This document shows positions 60,638-64,000 of a stretch of 64,000 nucleotides of DNA, piece after piece. Both the position numbers and the translations under genes were made by a program. This DNA is from Phoronis australis (taxonomy: Eukaryota > Animalia > Phoronida): the NCBI GenBank assembly GCA_002633005.1, contig NMRA01000021.1, positions 1,175,119 to 1,239,118 of the forward strand, given 5' to 3'. Under the pieces are notes generated by a model that saw only the letters and a list, made by a program, of their open reading frames with translations, searched no databases and was not told the origin of the DNA. Numbering within the stretch: the first letter of the stretch is position 1; every line of letters begins with the position of its first letter.

Positions 60638-63600
60638 CCATTGCCACTTTTGCATCAACTGGGCCGGTCTAACATAAAGGTTGTAGCTGTAGCTGCTTCG
60701 TGATGTGGTAATCCACACTGAAGATCAATTAAAGGGACTTGCTGAGTTTTAGGACAACAACGCAAATTTTAGGTTTACTGATGGTTGGGATAACCCCATG
60801 TAGAAGTTTAGGCCCATTTAACCCCAGTTTGTGTTCTTTACAACAGATTCCAATATGGCTTGTTCATTTAAATATTTATAATGGAAGAAGAAAGAAGTCC
60901 CCGAGTTGTCAACCCACATGGTTTGTAGCGAATTTGAAAGTTAATCACACACAGCACTTCAGTACACAACATTCAATCGATGATAAAACAGGAAAGTTGC
61001 AGATGACAGCCATCTAGTATCTGGCGAGAATAAACGATTTGTAATAACATCAATCAATAACAATGAATCATTTGTTGTTCTAAAGCTTTTATCAAAGCTA
61101 ACAACATCAAAAAGTATATATAATTCAGTACACACAATATTCTGTTTTTCAAACGCATGATACAAAAGTTATTCTTTCAACAAGACATCGTTTTTGAACT
61201 CCTAGAAATGAAAACGATGCTGTTCCTTTCCTTCAATTTATACTACGTGTTGGTAATGAGCCTAGAGATTCTTCAACATCAAGTTCTATGTAATGTAGTA
61301 CGTGACACCACATCCAAATTAATTTCACTTCCGTGTAATTTTAAGTATGCCACGAAAACTGAATTTCCGGTCATTTTTCCTTCGCAAAGATGTCATTGGC
61401 TCGTAATTTACGTTTGTTAATAAAGCGGCCGGGACTAAAATGGTTTCTTTTAGTTGTTTTTTGTTTCCAAAAATGCTTTGAGCGTTGATTCGGAACATTT
61501 TGTTCCCGAAAATGCGCCTATCGGTATAGGTGCTATTTCTTCCAAACTTTCTGTCGGGCTTTGTCACGAACGATGCGTTTTCAGGAGAACAATTGACATA
61601 TTGCCTGACGGCTTAACTGACCAATCAGTACGCAACATTCTTGACACACCTTCGTCTGCGTTTCCAAGCAGCCATTTTACCCGACAAGCAATACCTCGTG
61701 TAAATCTTATTTTAGTCTGTAGCTCAAGAAATTGCGTGATAAGAATGGTGATACGGTGTTGATATGACGCGTGTAATTCCGATAGCCGTTATGCAGCTCG
61801 AGAAGAATATCCCGTCATTTTTTGGTCATCTCCTAAGCAGAAAAGTGATGTCGAAAGGTTTAAAGTATGTAATTATCAAACTGTGCGAACGGCCACGAGC
61901 AGCTGAACTTGGCAATGTTGCTTGATTACTCGAAGGTTAAACACAAATATATTTGTTCAAAGATAAAATCTTTTCAGTTTAATGGCTATAGTATAGGCTT
62001 ATCTGATTTTGACTCCAGAGTTTCACTCATCTGGCCGCCTTTCTATCGGCACCTGGTTATCAGCACCATTACTAATACTGGTCTAGCGATAGTCTCTGGA
62101 AATTATTTTTTTTCCCACTCGCGTTGAATCTGTCGAGGGAAATACGGCTATGAAATAAAGTTTTCCGTATTCACCTCTCGCACTACTTTAACAGCTACCT
62201 ATGACATGGAAAGTTCAGAAGGTAGGTCAATGTCGACTCGACGTCTTCTGAGCCGGTTCGATCATCAAACTTTCCGAATATAGTTTAAAGTAACAAGGTT
62301 GCAACAGTGTAACTAACACTCGACATGCAACCAGGCCCTAAGCGTAAAATCTGGAACAAAACTGTTAATTATAAGACACTTGTGTCTCAGTTTTCAATTG
62401 CTGAATAATATATCGTCTGCAATTCAGGCGCCGATTCCTAGGAAATTAAAATATCAAATATTGTTTTTTAACTATTTCCAGATGTTCACTGCTTACATGC
62501 CGCTGTTTTCATCTTTGCTACCTCTTTTCAAGAAATAAATCGTTACTTGTAAAACTGTTTCTTTTACAAGAGAAAGCTTGAAACCTTACGCGCAAGTACA
62601 TACATATAGGATGTGATCCGCCATGTGAACAGTCTGGATGAAGTATTTGAAAAATCTGCCAAAAATATAAGAAACTTGGTTATTCGAAGCGCATGGGATA
62701 AATACAAAACGTACCTTTCGGTCTCGGTCTATACGCGGATTAATATCTCGTGGGTTATTACTTCGTGTACGCCGCTCTCGGCACGTTTTGTGTATATATG
62801 TGGATACCCAGGCGGGTTCAGTCATACGTTACTGGGTTATCTATGGACTATAACCGTCGCGGAACAAAGATAAGATAGACAGTGTATTACATACAATAGG
62901 TGAGTCAGGGTTATATTTGGTCGTGCGTGACAATCTATCGCGCAGACAACGAAGCCGACCCACCGATGAAAGTCGTCTAGCAAACTGCTCGTCCTTCAGC
63001 TTCTCACGGATTGCAATGCACCTATTCAACAAGTAAGTAAAATGCCTCTGTTTCATATTCAGAAGAGTGAATACTGTAAGGTCTCGTTAATGCCAGCAAT
63101 AAACTTTTCTTAATATTACCTCATGAATATTAAGAGAAAATCCAAAGCGAGGCTAATACTGATAAACTACTTCATGCAGCCCTCTGTGCTGGATGATCGC
63201 CGGTGACCTTACACTTGTTCCAAACATACATGTTACATTTAGCTTTGTTGAATCTTATTGTAAAAAGTCTTCATAGTCATCTGACAAGAATTATCTGTCC
63301 AAAGGGTACAAGTACTCCAGTGAAAGTTACATAACTTCAGTAAGAAGTGAACACTTTTACAGGCTGCATAAACATTCTTCTGTTGTTGTTGAGTTGTCAG
63401 CTGGTCAGGCATAGTAACTTTACATAATCTATTTCATTGGATTTTTTGTTTCCCAAGAAGAATTCAAAGATAACAATGAGTTGTAAGAATACTGGCTTAA
63501 TTATGGTTAAAACATTTAGCGGTATCAGTTTTATTTGTAAAGTCATTAGATTATTTCGTCAGTCATGGATTCAATTGTTTGGGACATGGATTGAACATGG

Positions 63601-64000
63601 TGTTCACTTATTTACTCGTGTTTTCAACCAATCCACAGTGGTCTCTTGTTCTTTATATCTGGATAGTTTAAAAGCTGTAAACTAAGACATCAATAATATT
63701 TAACACCTGAAGCACAAGGTGGGTCACTTTTTCTTCAATGTCTATCTCTTGCTTGATTACCCTGGAAACAGACTTGGACATATTTGACAGTGATGCTGTC
63801 ACTGGCCCTGACCAAAGTTATTCTAGTTGAAAACTAACATGGTCATCAAGAGGTGTAGTCAGTGTTATGAGCCAAATGTACATTCTAATCTGCTGATAAA
63901 AATAAATGACAGAGTAATATTACACTGGATAAGTCCTGTCATTTGTTGCAAAACCATAAGTATGGTATCATTCATTCACAACAGCGGAGGGCCTCTGAAG

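Noticed and set aside
62580-64000. ORFs and coding-like composition at the window end
   Set aside because: Short, stop-interrupted and with no recognisable domain. Possibly a decayed TE, but it cannot be identified.

Overview
Eukaryotic, intron-rich and transposon-dense genomic DNA. It is most likely from a marine invertebrate; that is an inference from gene and TE content, and the species cannot be determined here. Two complete, co-oriented (+ strand) multi-exon genes can be assembled by hand with every splice phase closing. (1) A 7-exon, 355-aa heme peroxidase of the 'non-animal' peroxidase-catalase superfamily (ascorbate/cytochrome c peroxidase-like), 15500-27774. (2) A 16-exon, 809-aa GH65 glycosidase of the PGGHG/ATHL1 (protein-glucosylgalactosylhydroxylysine glucosidase) family, 35897-55819. 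Both predicted proteins have an N-terminal signal-peptide-like segment and a C-terminal GPI-anchor-like signal, so the locus may encode a cell-surface peroxidase next to a cell-surface collagen glucosidase. The rest is mostly mobile DNA: a decayed AcademX-type transposon (3959-8708), an AcademH-like non-autonomous element with a 10-bp TSD (57599-60637), two copies of a Kolobok-like THAP deletion derivative, several MITE families, LINE/SINE remnants, a ~144-bp tandem array with a CTCF-consensus motif in nearly every monomer, and a 21-bp TATCGATA minisatellite. A 354-bp duplication across an N is probably an assembly artefact. Most short ORFs in the supplied track are spurious.
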